In this document: piece after piece, positions 27,063 to 35,711 of the stretch | How positions within the stretch are numbered: position 1 is the stretch's first letter | Layout of the letters: each line of letters begins with the position of its first letter | Origin: a virus | Lineage: Duplodnaviria; Caudoviricetes | Reading direction: 5' to 3' (one strand) | IMG/VR virus record: IMGVR_UViG_3300032300_000481 | Span: 1 to 41,959 of that record | DNA length: 41,959 nt | Made by a program: the position numbers and the translations under genes | Notes under the pieces: model-generated | Told to the model about the DNA's origin: nothing | The model's input: the letters and a program-made list of their open reading frames with translations, nothing else | The model's database searches: none

Positions 27063-27283
27063 ATTTTGTTTTGATCGTATATCAAAATAATGCTAGAGTT
27101 GCAAGGATACCTTGCAACTTCTTAATGGAGCCACATATAGAGAGCGGAATCCTAAGTCATTTTATTTGTGCAAATGAAGATAGTTCAAATTTTTATACCT
27201 CTTTTGAAATAGAATATCAAGGGAGCATAATTGATAGAAAAGATTTTAATACCTATCTCAAAAATATGCAATCAATTTATTGA
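27041..27283 (+). CDS. Hypothetical protein (80 aa)
   Basis: AAGGA RBS before the ATG; the ORF fills the remaining gap. Confidence 0.55.
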   Translation: MYTISDLNFVLIVYQNNARVARIPCNFLMEPHIESGILSHFICANEDSSNFYTSFEIEYQGSIIDRKDFNTYLKNMQSIY

Positions 27284-27952
27284 GTTGAAATAGTCATTTA
27301 ACCAATTAAAATCATTTATTTTTTTAATAGCTTCAATGTTTCCTGCGTTTGATTTCCCGTATTCTTTGCCTGCCGTGGCTCCCTTGATACACCATCGCCC
27401 ATGCGGCTGGTCTTGTCCTAGCGTACACCAAGCGTTTAATCTTTCCTCTGTTTCAATATTGACCTGATTGTCGATAATCTTAGAACTTAACTTTACACAC
27501 TCTCTAAAAGCAGATTTCCAAGTATTAAACGGATCTGTGTTAAAACAGGTAACACTAGCAATTTCTTCTATTATAAAGAAATTCTCGCTTATACTGGTGC
27601 TCATGTCAGTATTGTTAACATCCATCATTGATGTTTTTATTCTTGGTAATAGTTTTATTCCGCCGTACCCGTACATTAAATTATTAACAGGATTACGAGC
27701 ACGGTATACATAAACAGCATCCTCCCATAGGTCGTGAGGCGGAGTAAATGTGAAAGATTCTTCTATCTGTGTATCACCATCTACTACCCAAAATTTTTCA
27801 GTGAGACCGAATAAATTAGCTGCTGTTTTATGTGCCTGATGTATTCCTACAACTCCGTGTATCCGCCTTGCGTAGGGGAATCGAGATACCAGTGCTTTCC
27901 AATTATCATCAGCATTGGGTTCATTATAAGATATGAATACTATATCAAACAC
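27272..27952 (-). CDS. GT-A fold glycosyltransferase-like protein
   Basis: FISYNEPNA..HGVVGIHQAH..FWVVDGD (DxD)..YGYGGIKL..WKSAFRECVKL. Paralog of 27945..28850. Confidence 0.7.
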   Translation of the reverse strand: MFDIVFISYNEPNADDNWKALVSRFPYARRIHGVVGIHQAHKTAANLFGLTEKFWVVDGDTQIEESFTFTPPHDLWEDAVYVYRARNPVNNLMYGYGGIKLLPRIKTSMMDVNNTDMSTSISENFFIIEEIASVTCFNTDPFNTWKSAFRECVKLSSKIIDNQVNIETEERLNAWCTLGQDQPHGRWCIKGATAGKEYGKSNAGNIEAIKKINDFNWLNDYFNSIN

Positions 27953-28850
27953 TGTTGCGCCTCATAGTCCACTCTATTTGTTGGGTAGCTTGATTATATT
28001 GATCTTGGAATAATTCTACTACATACTTGCTAACCTGTTCGTCTAACAATGGTACTGAGAATGAAAAATCTTTTTCTAATCTGTGCCCGTAATCTAGAAT
28101 TGCTTCCTGTACATTGAGATTCTTAACTTCTTTCCATATGTTATCGAGATAAGCAAAATCTCGGACGTCTATGTAATTCCACTCAGTGCAGTTGGCCTTC
28201 CAACATCCGTGCCTAGCACCTAAAATAGCCCAATGACCATTTTCTACATGTCCACCAATACTACACCATGCCTTTAATCGGTGTAGATTATGCCAGAATA
28301 GTTTTGAAGGCATAGGGTCAACAGGCAATACACCATCCACTAAACTCATTTTTACGCCTTCGCGAAATCCTGCCCTCCATGCTTGGTACGGACTAGCATT
28401 GGGATATGTGACTGAGTAGCTGTGAACCATAGGCCTATAACCGTCCTCCCAACAAAAATCTACCTGTCCTTTTGGATCAGAAGATTCTTCGTGTGTTTTC
28501 ATACCAAGAACAAAGTCTTTTTTCCATACTTTCAAACTACCATTGCCGTATCGCAAACCGTTGATTATATTGACCCCGGGCCAACTAAATGCTTTTGACC
28601 CCACAGGAACATCGATGATTTGATCAAAGAATTTGATGTCAACAATGTTGTCGGCATCTACAGTAATAAACCAATCTGTTTCACTTAACGCCGCTGCTGC
28701 CTGATGGCATTCATTTGATCCTTTAACTCCGTGGACACGTTTGGTCCACATACATTTGTCTAATAGGTCAACCCAGTGTTTTTCAGCATTGGGTTCGTCA
28801 TAGCTGATAAAAATACAATCTAGTTCTGATATAGTTAATTGTTCAGTCAT
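27945..28850 (-). CDS. GT-A fold glycosyltransferase-like protein
   Basis: FISYDEPNA..HGVKG..FITVDAD (DxD)..YGNGSLKVW..WRAGFREGVKM. Confidence 0.7.
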   Translation of the reverse strand: MTEQLTISELDCIFISYDEPNAEKHWVDLLDKCMWTKRVHGVKGSNECHQAAAALSETDWFITVDADNIVDIKFFDQIIDVPVGSKAFSWPGVNIINGLRYGNGSLKVWKKDFVLGMKTHEESSDPKGQVDFCWEDGYRPMVHSYSVTYPNASPYQAWRAGFREGVKMSLVDGVLPVDPMPSKLFWHNLHRLKAWCSIGGHVENGHWAILGARHGCWKANCTEWNYIDVRDFAYLDNIWKEVKNLNVQEAILDYGHRLEKDFSFSVPLLDEQVSKYVVELFQDQYNQATQQIEWTMRRNSV

Positions 28851-29400
28851 ATTTTCTATTTCCCCATACGCTGATTTTTTTGTTGACAGCGCAGTCTAAT
28901 TTATAAGTTTTATCTATCGCTAATTGATATAGGTCAATCGTGTGTTTTGAAATTAATTCATTAGGGTTATTATAGCATGTTATATACAAATTGAACAACT
29001 TATTCTTTTCGTTTACCATAGAATCAAATTTAAATTTATATTTGTCATCTAGATCTTCTGGATCGAACTCAAATACCACTCCTTCATTATCAATTTCATA
29101 TCTTATATCTAGATAATCGAAAAATACTACCCTATGGTGTAAATCTCTAATACTTTGATCAGATAGAATATTACGAGGAAATTCTAAATTAGAACTTCTA
29201 AACTTAAATTCAGCATATCCGTTAACTACTATTACGATATAATCTCTTAATATCTTTTTATGTGTTAGAAAATCGTATCCATCTTTTTCTCTGGCCAAGC
29301 AGTTTCCCATCCCTTCCGGAATTATATCAAATGGGCTACCACCGATGGCTGTAGCGAAACTGGTTTCTAGATCATATAGGACATGAAAATCATGACTCAT
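28843..29400 (-). CDS. Hypothetical protein (185 aa)
   Basis: ORF overlaps both neighbours within the minus-strand operon. Confidence 0.7.
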   Translation of the reverse strand: MSHDFHVLYDLETSFATAIGGSPFDIIPEGMGNCLAREKDGYDFLTHKKILRDYIVIVVNGYAEFKFRSSNLEFPRNILSDQSIRDLHHRVVFFDYLDIRYEIDNEGVVFEFDPEDLDDKYKFKFDSMVNEKNKLFNLYITCYNNPNELISKHTIDLYQLAIDKTYKLDCAVNKKISVWGNRKYD

Positions 29401-30220
29401 AAGCAGACTCTAGTGTTTTTATAATATCGCTTGTGATAATATTTTTATCAACATAATGTAATAGTTCTGTCTGTTGCCACACTCCGAGTTTTATCTGTCC
29501 TTGCTGATCTAAAGAAAATCTTATTTTTTCAGTCCAGTCAACTAGGTATTCTTTCCATCCCTGAACCAATGGTTTCATGTGAGTAATTCTCGGAAAGTCC
29601 CATTCAGAATAAACTGCTTGATCTTCTAATCCCAATATACATAGAGATAACGCAAATGCTTCGTCTGTTGGAATATTATTAAGACCTAGACTCGGCAGGA
29701 ACTTTTTTATAAATGGATCCGGGTTATCAGTCATCAATTTAACTAATTCAAAAAATTCTTCAGACTGCTTTGACTTTCGAAAATATGTCCAGGCATTATA
29801 AACATCTGGTAGATCGTAATCAACAAACACCTTTCTATAGTGTCCGTAACTGAAAGATTTTCCTTTATAATTTTGAGGACTAGAAGTTATGAATAGATCA
29901 AGGTGTTCGACTTGATTCCAATAGTGATCCATTGGCTTTAAAAATAACATATCTGAATCTAGCAACACAGTTCTTTGATAGGGACTGAGTTCATAGGCTC
30001 TCGACCTACAATCCATTCCTATAGGTCCTGTATATTCTATGATATTGTCAAATATTTGAATCTTATCATCAAACTTATGTTTGACGTTTGTAACAACTGT
30101 GACATTGTTATATCCGTCCGGCTGTGTTAGTTTGATCGTAAGAGCACAGGCATAGGCCAAAATAGAATAATCTACTTCACTATTATCAATGGCAAATAAT
30201 AGATATCCTTTATCTTTCAT
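29390..30220 (-). CDS. GT-A fold glycosyltransferase-like protein (GT8/nucleotide-diphospho-sugar transferase-like)
   Basis: GYLLFA..AYELSPYQRTVLLDSDMLF (DxD)..TDEAF..HMKP. Confidence 0.7.
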   Translation of the reverse strand: MKDKGYLLFAIDNSEVDYSILAYACALTIKLTQPDGYNNVTVVTNVKHKFDDKIQIFDNIIEYTGPIGMDCRSRAYELSPYQRTVLLDSDMLFLKPMDHYWNQVEHLDLFITSSPQNYKGKSFSYGHYRKVFVDYDLPDVYNAWTYFRKSKQSEEFFELVKLMTDNPDPFIKKFLPSLGLNNIPTDEAFALSLCILGLEDQAVYSEWDFPRITHMKPLVQGWKEYLVDWTEKIRFSLDQQGQIKLGVWQQTELLHYVDKNIITSDIIKTLESAYES

Positions 30221-31067
30221 AGTCGGCTAGTTTTAAAAGTTGATCAAGATTCTTTAATAGGCTGGATTTATTCATTATGTGGACGTCCTGCTGAGAAGAT
30301 CGAGCCAATATATGCTTGTCTTGTTTTTCTGCTAAAAAGATTATATCTCCGTTGTCTTTGATTTTTAGTATTTCGCATCGGTCATCAAAAAACAAAGGGA
30401 CAGGTAGTTCTTTATGCCATGGATCTACCCCATGTCCGCTCATTATATGACATGCTATACTGAATACAAAATCATTACGAAATTGTCCAGGATGAAACTC
30501 ATATAGATTTGAATAGTAATAATATTCTTGTTTGATAAACTCTACGAGATTAAAGAATAATTTCGTTTCATTGTTTTTACTAAAGATGATATTTGTGGCC
30601 CAGACCATATCTATACTGTATGGTCCTACCTTATGTTCTTTAGGATTGGTAGTATCATCTTGTAACAACAACATTCCCGGGGTGATAAAAAAATCGTCAC
30701 TATTCCAATACTTTGAAAGGTTATCAGTAAACACTAAAAAATCTGTGTCAATGACTAGTGTCCTGTCATACGGTGTTAACTCATAAGCGGAATGTCTATT
30801 GCCATTTAAAAAGTTGAATACTTTATAATCTTTGCTTTCTTGGTCATAAAGTCGTCTTTGATTGGTGTTATTTGGTTTTTCAATTTCTATTACTTTATCA
30901 AACGGAAGATATGTAAACTTCGAATTGATGTCGTTTATTGTTTCTTTGTCGGAAACTAAACTAACAGGAATATGGAGATATTTTCTTACCAGCGCAGCAG
31001 CAAGTACCGCTTGGGACCCATAATCTATATTTCCATTGTGTGCGAATAACAAACATCCGTTTTTCAT
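30210..31067 (-). CDS. GT-A fold glycosyltransferase-like protein, paralog of 29390..30220
   Basis: GCLLFA..AYELTPYDRTLVIDTDFLV (DxD)..RNDFVFS..HIMNK. Confidence 0.7.
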   Translation of the reverse strand: MKNGCLLFAHNGNIDYGSQAVLAAALVRKYLHIPVSLVSDKETINDINSKFTYLPFDKVIEIEKPNNTNQRRLYDQESKDYKVFNFLNGNRHSAYELTPYDRTLVIDTDFLVFTDNLSKYWNSDDFFITPGMLLLQDDTTNPKEHKVGPYSIDMVWATNIIFSKNNETKLFFNLVEFIKQEYYYYSNLYEFHPGQFRNDFVFSIACHIMSGHGVDPWHKELPVPLFFDDRCEILKIKDNGDIIFLAEKQDKHILARSSQQDVHIMNKSSLLKNLDQLLKLADYER

Positions 31068-31414
31068 AGATCGATTAGGCTCTTTACAGATCGTTTTTTC
31101 TTCAGAGACTCGAAATCAACGTAATATTGTTTGGTTATAGAAAAATATCTATCGATGGCTTCTTTTTGGAATTTAACGATATCTTCTATGAGTACAGGAG
31201 TTAACTTATCGTCTAGTATTGTAATAGCACCGGTACCTTCCTCTGGTACTATTAGATTTAAGAAAAGAAGAAAATTTCTATCTAGAAGGAATCGACCACC
31301 GTTGTGGTAGAACAATAGATCAGATTTGAGTTTTTCTTGAAGCCTCTTTTTTTCGAGGTAAGCGGTATATTTAAAATTTGAAAACTCTAAAGCTTTCTCT
31401 AATCTCTCATCCAT
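31064..31414 (-). CDS. Hypothetical protein (116 aa)
   Basis: GAGGA RBS and an ATGA overlap with the first glycosyltransferase gene. Confidence 0.75.
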   Translation of the reverse strand: MDERLEKALEFSNFKYTAYLEKKRLQEKLKSDLLFYHNGGRFLLDRNFLLFLNLIVPEEGTGAITILDDKLTPVLIEDIVKFQKEAIDRYFSITKQYYVDFESLKKKRSVKSLIDL

Positions 31415-31435
31415 GATAAATCCTCTATATTGCAG

Positions 31436-31443
31436 TAATTATA
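31436..31443 (-). promoter_or_regulatory. TATAATTA late-promoter-like variant
   Basis: One mismatch to TATAAATA, 21 nt before ATG 31414. Confidence 0.4.
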
Positions 31444-31473
31444 TTAATATAGATTGATGAGGAAAATTTTAGG

Positions 31474-32589
31474 TTAAACTGCAGAAAATGTAGTAAATGC
31501 GGTTAGCGTCACACTTGAAGGTTGCACTCCTATAACAGCGCCTGTTGATCTTTTTTGAAACACCGCATATCCAGCACCGTCGGTCACGGTATCTTCTGTA
31601 CTAGCACCAATCGGAACATGCCCGTCTCGGAAAGTGACTTTAAATAATATATAATTGTTAAATTTTTGTGCTGAGATAGTGATAGTATTAAGATTATACG
31701 GTGCGTTCCCATCTTCTACCTGATACCATTGGAACGGTATAGGTCCTATTCTAGAAAATTCTGTCCTAGTAAATCTAACAGAAGTATTAACAAAGACTGT
31801 GGTTAAAAGTTGAATCCATGCGGCATCTTGAGCGGTTATGTATCTTGGCCCAATTCCCCCAAAAGATATTTCTCCCCCTGAGTTGAAGAAAAATTGCATT
31901 TCATTAGCAGAATTGAATGTGACATATGCGATATTTTGTATACCTTTATTTCCAATTCCACCCCAAGAATACGGAACAGTTCTACTTGCTACAGCTGGAT
32001 CCAGGGTCAATTGGGCAGCGTTTACTAAATTCCTTGTCAATGTTAGATTATCAATCACAGTGTTTAATTCTGAGAGATTGCTTACCGAGACTTTTCCACT
32101 TATAGTGCTATATCCGACAAAATTGGCATTAGTTTGATGCTTGTTGATAGCATTGACATCATCTTCTAAATTTTGCCATTGCTGCTGTGTTATAAGTATG
32201 TTGCTATTATAATATAAAGCTACCTGAGATCCGGAAGAGACAATACTGGTAGTAGAGTTGCTGATAGATATAGTCCGGGTGGCTGTATTAATGGCAGTTA
32301 CTGTGGTATTACTTACCACACCAGTGACGTTGACTATTTTTCCTATCTTGGCACCGGTTATACGAGATAATGTAAGACTATAGGAACCTGTTGAAACATC
32401 TCCGTTTACCCTAGAAGTAGAATAATCTCTCGTGTTGTCAACAGGGCTAGATAACAGAGTAGCACCATATCCATAATCTGGATTACTAGTTCCTGCGCCA
32501 TAGGGATATCCATCTCCTAATACCGTTCGTACCTTAATCTGAACAGCATTGTAATCTGATGAATAAATTTGTGTGCCAACTGATGCCAT
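31474..32589 (-). CDS. Putative virion structural protein, paralog of the N-terminal half of 33006..34943
   Basis: S/T/G/N-rich. Shares MASVG..Y.SDYNAVQIKVR.VLGDGYPYG, QQW.NL, HQTNA, EMQ.FFN.G and F.DGHV with 33006..34943. Confidence 0.7.
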   Translation of the reverse strand: MASVGTQIYSSDYNAVQIKVRTVLGDGYPYGAGTSNPDYGYGATLLSSPVDNTRDYSTSRVNGDVSTGSYSLTLSRITGAKIGKIVNVTGVVSNTTVTAINTATRTISISNSTTSIVSSGSQVALYYNSNILITQQQWQNLEDDVNAINKHQTNANFVGYSTISGKVSVSNLSELNTVIDNLTLTRNLVNAAQLTLDPAVASRTVPYSWGGIGNKGIQNIAYVTFNSANEMQFFFNSGGEISFGGIGPRYITAQDAAWIQLLTTVFVNTSVRFTRTEFSRIGPIPFQWYQVEDGNAPYNLNTITISAQKFNNYILFKVTFRDGHVPIGASTEDTVTDGAGYAVFQKRSTGAVIGVQPSSVTLTAFTTFSAV

Positions 32590-32598
32590 AACGTATCC

Positions 32599-33009
32599 TT
32601 AGAAAGAAACTTTAGGATTATCTAGATCTACAAGTGTCCAAGTAGCATCGCCGTTTTCGTTGGTAATTTCTTGATTAACTGACACCCTATATGTGTCTAC
32701 TATCTGTTGACTGATATCTAACACTAATTTTTTCATATCATCTTCTGTGTCACATGCGGTGTGCATGCCAGTTAACGGATTAAACACTTGATATTTTTCG
32801 TTCATTGTAATTATACTCCCATTTGCTCTAACATATATTTCCGATTCTTTTTGTTTATTAAGCCACCATGCCCAAAGAGATTGATTATTTCTTTTTAAAA
32901 AATCAACAGCTTGATCATATTCAATATTGACAATATTGTGTTCAAATATATAGCGATACATATCTAATGGTGTGTTGATCGCTTGTAAAAATTCTCTAGT
33001 TAAAATCAT
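32599..33009 (-). CDS. Hypothetical protein (136 aa)
   Basis: ATGA overlap with the upstream structural gene and a GGAG RBS. Confidence 0.7.
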   Translation of the reverse strand: MILTREFLQAINTPLDMYRYIFEHNIVNIEYDQAVDFLKRNNQSLWAWWLNKQKESEIYVRANGSIITMNEKYQVFNPLTGMHTACDTEDDMKKLVLDISQQIVDTYRVSVNQEITNENGDATWTLVDLDNPKVSF

Positions 33010-34943
33010 GATACATCTCCTGCCACCCGACCACCTCCGGGAGCTCCCCCTACCCAGGTTACAGTCCCACCCCGTGTGTTCACAGCTTTTCCTCCAACAC
33101 CACCTGCAGATCCGCCCACTCCGTTATAGGACCCTGCCCCACCAGCTGCTCCCCAAGAGCCGCCACCGCCTGTAGCTATCGAGCCCGGAGTACCTGCGGT
33201 AGAGGAGCCATTGCCACCGGCATTAGAAACACCTGTTGGCACGAGACTTCCCCCAGATCCGCCGGTAGCTGAAAGATTGCTTAATGGACCACCCCATATT
33301 CCGCCGGAACCTCCGGCGCTACCACCAAATCCTGACGTCAAAGTTGTTCCACTAGGTCCAGATAGATTATTAGCTGCTAACGCTACCCTTCCGCCACCGC
33401 CTCCGGACGGTGCTGATGCCCCACTACCGCCGTTCTGTCCTGATGCTCCTGGCAACACAAGAGCAAATGTAGCATTAGTAGAAGTTCCTGCCGGAGATAT
33501 TGCTATAGCGTTAGCTAGATACTCTGCACTGCTGTAGCCAGCCCCACCTCGTCCACCGCCAGCACCTCCACCTCCCCCGCCAATATGGTAATCACTAGAA
33601 TTTACTGTTCCATATCCTGCTGCTCCACCGCCACCACCACCACCCAAAACATATCCGTTAGTGTTATTGATAGTGATCCCACCAGTCGATCCGTTTGTAT
33701 CGATTGCTAGTCCCCCGGCCTGTCCTGTATTCGTATTTCCGCTTTCATCTGGAAGTACAGCACCGCCATTGCCTCCCTTGCCCATTATGTATCCACTATT
33801 GGTTACACTTATCGAGCCACCACGGCCACCCATACTGAGAAAACTTAACCCAGCAACAGTGCGATCATTAGACCAAAGGTATACATTACCGCCTACAGTT
33901 ATTGCGGCATTTACGTTCGCCGGATTTCCTCCGTGTGCAACTACCATATAATATAAATTATAATTCTGTATATTTTTTGTGATAGAATGTGTGAAAGCGA
34001 GGCCGGTGGTATCGTATTGCGGAATTGGACCCGGATTAGCCCCTGTAAATCCGCCTTGTTTGGTTTGACTACTTAATGTAAATTGGCCAGCATATGCATC
34101 GGGCTGTATACCGGTAAATGCTCCGCTCGATCTAGTCCAACTGATCTCATACCCTGCTCCGAAGGCCACAAAATCTGCGGGACTTCCTCCCTTTGCCACG
34201 TGACCGTCTGTGAATCTTAGCCTAAAAGCTAAAAAATTCTCAAAGCGTATCGCAGATACCTGCACGGTATTATCTGCGTATGTGGCATTAGCAGAAGTGT
34301 AACTAGCGATCTGAGTCATAGCAGTGGTACTCATGCTGGAAAATACATTTAAATCTATATTCAGTGTTACATCGGCCAGTAGTGTGTTCCAGGAAGTATC
34401 TTGCGAAGTAGCAGTTCCAGGTCCTATCCCTTGTATGCTAATGAGGCTGCCTTGATTGAAAAAATATTGCATTTCTGCATTAGATTTAAAGTAAACATGA
34501 GCGAAACTGGTTACATATGAATTGCCTTGCCCCCATACTGCGCCCACAGTAACTCGGCCGGTGGAAGGGACAGGATCCTGTGTTCGCTGAGCGGCATTTA
34601 CTGCGTTCTTGTTGGCCAAAATGTTATCAGCGTATCCATCTAATGTGTTAAGATCAATGTAACTAATATTACTCTGTAAACTAACAGATATTCCAGCATT
34701 AGTTTGATGTCTATAGGCTTTGTCCACATCTGTAACTAAGTTAAGCCACTGTTGGTCGTCGACCAGGTCACTGGGATTCACCAGGCTGGATGCCATCGTC
34801 TGTCCCCATCCATATCTTGCGTTGGTAGTTCCAATGGCATTCGTCATAGGACCATAGGGATAGCCGTCTCCTAGTACCTGCCTTACTTTGATCTGTACTG
34901 CGTTATAATCTGATCCGTAAACGATCGAACCTACACTGGCCAT
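33006..34943 (-). CDS. Putative tail adhesin with C-terminal glycine-rich gp38-like domain
   Basis: GYIMGKGGNGG..GGLAI..ITINNTNGYVLGGGGGGG..GGKAV..VTW resembles the T-even gp38 polyglycine adhesin pattern. GGAG RBS. Confidence 0.7.
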   Translation of the reverse strand: MASVGSIVYGSDYNAVQIKVRQVLGDGYPYGPMTNAIGTTNARYGWGQTMASSLVNPSDLVDDQQWLNLVTDVDKAYRHQTNAGISVSLQSNISYIDLNTLDGYADNILANKNAVNAAQRTQDPVPSTGRVTVGAVWGQGNSYVTSFAHVYFKSNAEMQYFFNQGSLISIQGIGPGTATSQDTSWNTLLADVTLNIDLNVFSSMSTTAMTQIASYTSANATYADNTVQVSAIRFENFLAFRLRFTDGHVAKGGSPADFVAFGAGYEISWTRSSGAFTGIQPDAYAGQFTLSSQTKQGGFTGANPGPIPQYDTTGLAFTHSITKNIQNYNLYYMVVAHGGNPANVNAAITVGGNVYLWSNDRTVAGLSFLSMGGRGGSISVTNSGYIMGKGGNGGAVLPDESGNTNTGQAGGLAIDTNGSTGGITINNTNGYVLGGGGGGGAAGYGTVNSSDYHIGGGGGGAGGGRGGAGYSSAEYLANAIAISPAGTSTNATFALVLPGASGQNGGSGASAPSGGGGGRVALAANNLSGPSGTTLTSGFGGSAGGSGGIWGGPLSNLSATGGSGGSLVPTGVSNAGGNGSSTAGTPGSIATGGGGSWGAAGGAGSYNGVGGSAGGVGGKAVNTRGGTVTWVGGAPGGGRVAGDVS

Positions 34944-34965
34944 TTAATATACTCCATTAACACGA

Positions 34966-34971
34966 TATTTA
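34966..34971 (-). promoter_or_regulatory. TAAATA late-promoter-like motif
   Basis: 22 nt before ATG 34943 with an intervening GGAG. Confidence 0.55.
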
Positions 34972-35298
34972 TTAGATTCTAAAGCTCTCACCGCAGCCAC
35001 AACGATCTCGTTCATTAGGATTGACAAAATCAAAACCTTCGTTGAGTCCATTTCTTCTATAATCTACTGTCATTCCGTTGAGGTAAACTTCGTGTTTAGC
35101 ATCAACGATAACTAAAAATTTATTTTGAGCGTAGTTTATAGTTCCGGGTTCGTCCCGGTATTCGTCCACATATTCTAAAACATAGGCCAGTCCACTACAT
35201 CCTGTGGTTTTTACACCAATCCTGATACCCACTCCGCGCCCTCGTTTTTCAATGCTTTGTAGAATTTTACGAGCCGCTTGCTCTGTTATCGTGATCAT
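34972..35298 (-). CDS. iscA: Iron-sulfur cluster A-type carrier IscA
   Basis: MITITEQAA..GIRIGVKTTGCSGLAYVLEYVD..GLNEGFDFVNPN..CGCGESF. True start is ATG 35298, not 35430. Confidence 0.92.
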   Translation of the reverse strand: MITITEQAARKILQSIEKRGRGVGIRIGVKTTGCSGLAYVLEYVDEYRDEPGTINYAQNKFLVIVDAKHEVYLNGMTVDYRRNGLNEGFDFVNPNERDRCGCGESFRI

Positions 35299-35303
35299 GT
35301 TAG

Positions 35304-35320
35304 TATTTAAGCTATAAATA
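35304..35320. promoter_or_regulatory. Compact bidirectional element TATTTA-AGCTA-TAAATA
   Basis: Minus-strand TAAATA 5 nt from the iscA ATG; plus-strand TATAAATA 7 nt from the iscU ATG. Confidence 0.7.
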
Positions 35321-35327
35321 GTAGACA

Positions 35328-35711
35328 ATGGCATATTCAGATAAAGTAATCGATCACTACGAAAATCCACGCAATGTTGGGTCGTTCCCAAAAGACGAGG
35401 AAGGTATCGGCACAGGTATGGTGGGAGCACCAGCCTGCGGTGATGTAATGAAACTACAAATAAAGGTAGACAAAGATGGTATTATTAGAGATGCTCGTTT
35501 CAAGACATATGGATGCGGATCTGCAATCGCTTCCTCCTCGCTGGTCACAGAGTGGGTCAAGGGCATGCACATCGATCAAGCGGCAGTTCTTAAAAACAGT
35601 GACATCGCCGAGGAGTTGGTTCTTCCGCCTGTTAAAATACACTGTTCAATACTGGCAGAAGACGCCATCAAAGCCGCAATAGCAGACTATAAGACAAAAA
35701 ATGAATATTGA
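35328..35711 (+). CDS. iscU: Fe-S cluster scaffold IscU
   Basis: [35 protein letters not shown] and LPPVKIHCS. Confidence 0.97.
   Translation: MAYSDKVIDHYENPRNVGSFPKDEEGIGTGMVGAPACGDVMKLQIKVDKDGIIRDARFKTYGCGSAIASSSLVTEWVKGMHIDQAAVLKNSDIAEELVLPPVKIHCSILAEDAIKAAIADYKTKNEY

Noticed and set aside
1581-27283. RiPP cluster with a short precursor peptide
   Set aside because: Intergenic gaps are too small, no leader/core-like small ORF or PqqD/RRE domain was recognised, and the 80-aa ORF at 27041 looks globular. A precursor outside the window cannot be excluded.
33211-33951. Pro-rich plus-strand ORFs (33211..33537, 33661..33951)
   Set aside because: They are antisense shadows of glycine codons in the adhesin gene.
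35299-35430. 44-aa N-terminal extension of IscA overlapping iscU in the ORF track
   Set aside because: IscA homology begins at MITITEQAA (ATG 35298), which has TAAATA 5 nt upstream. The extension is just open frame antisense to iscU.
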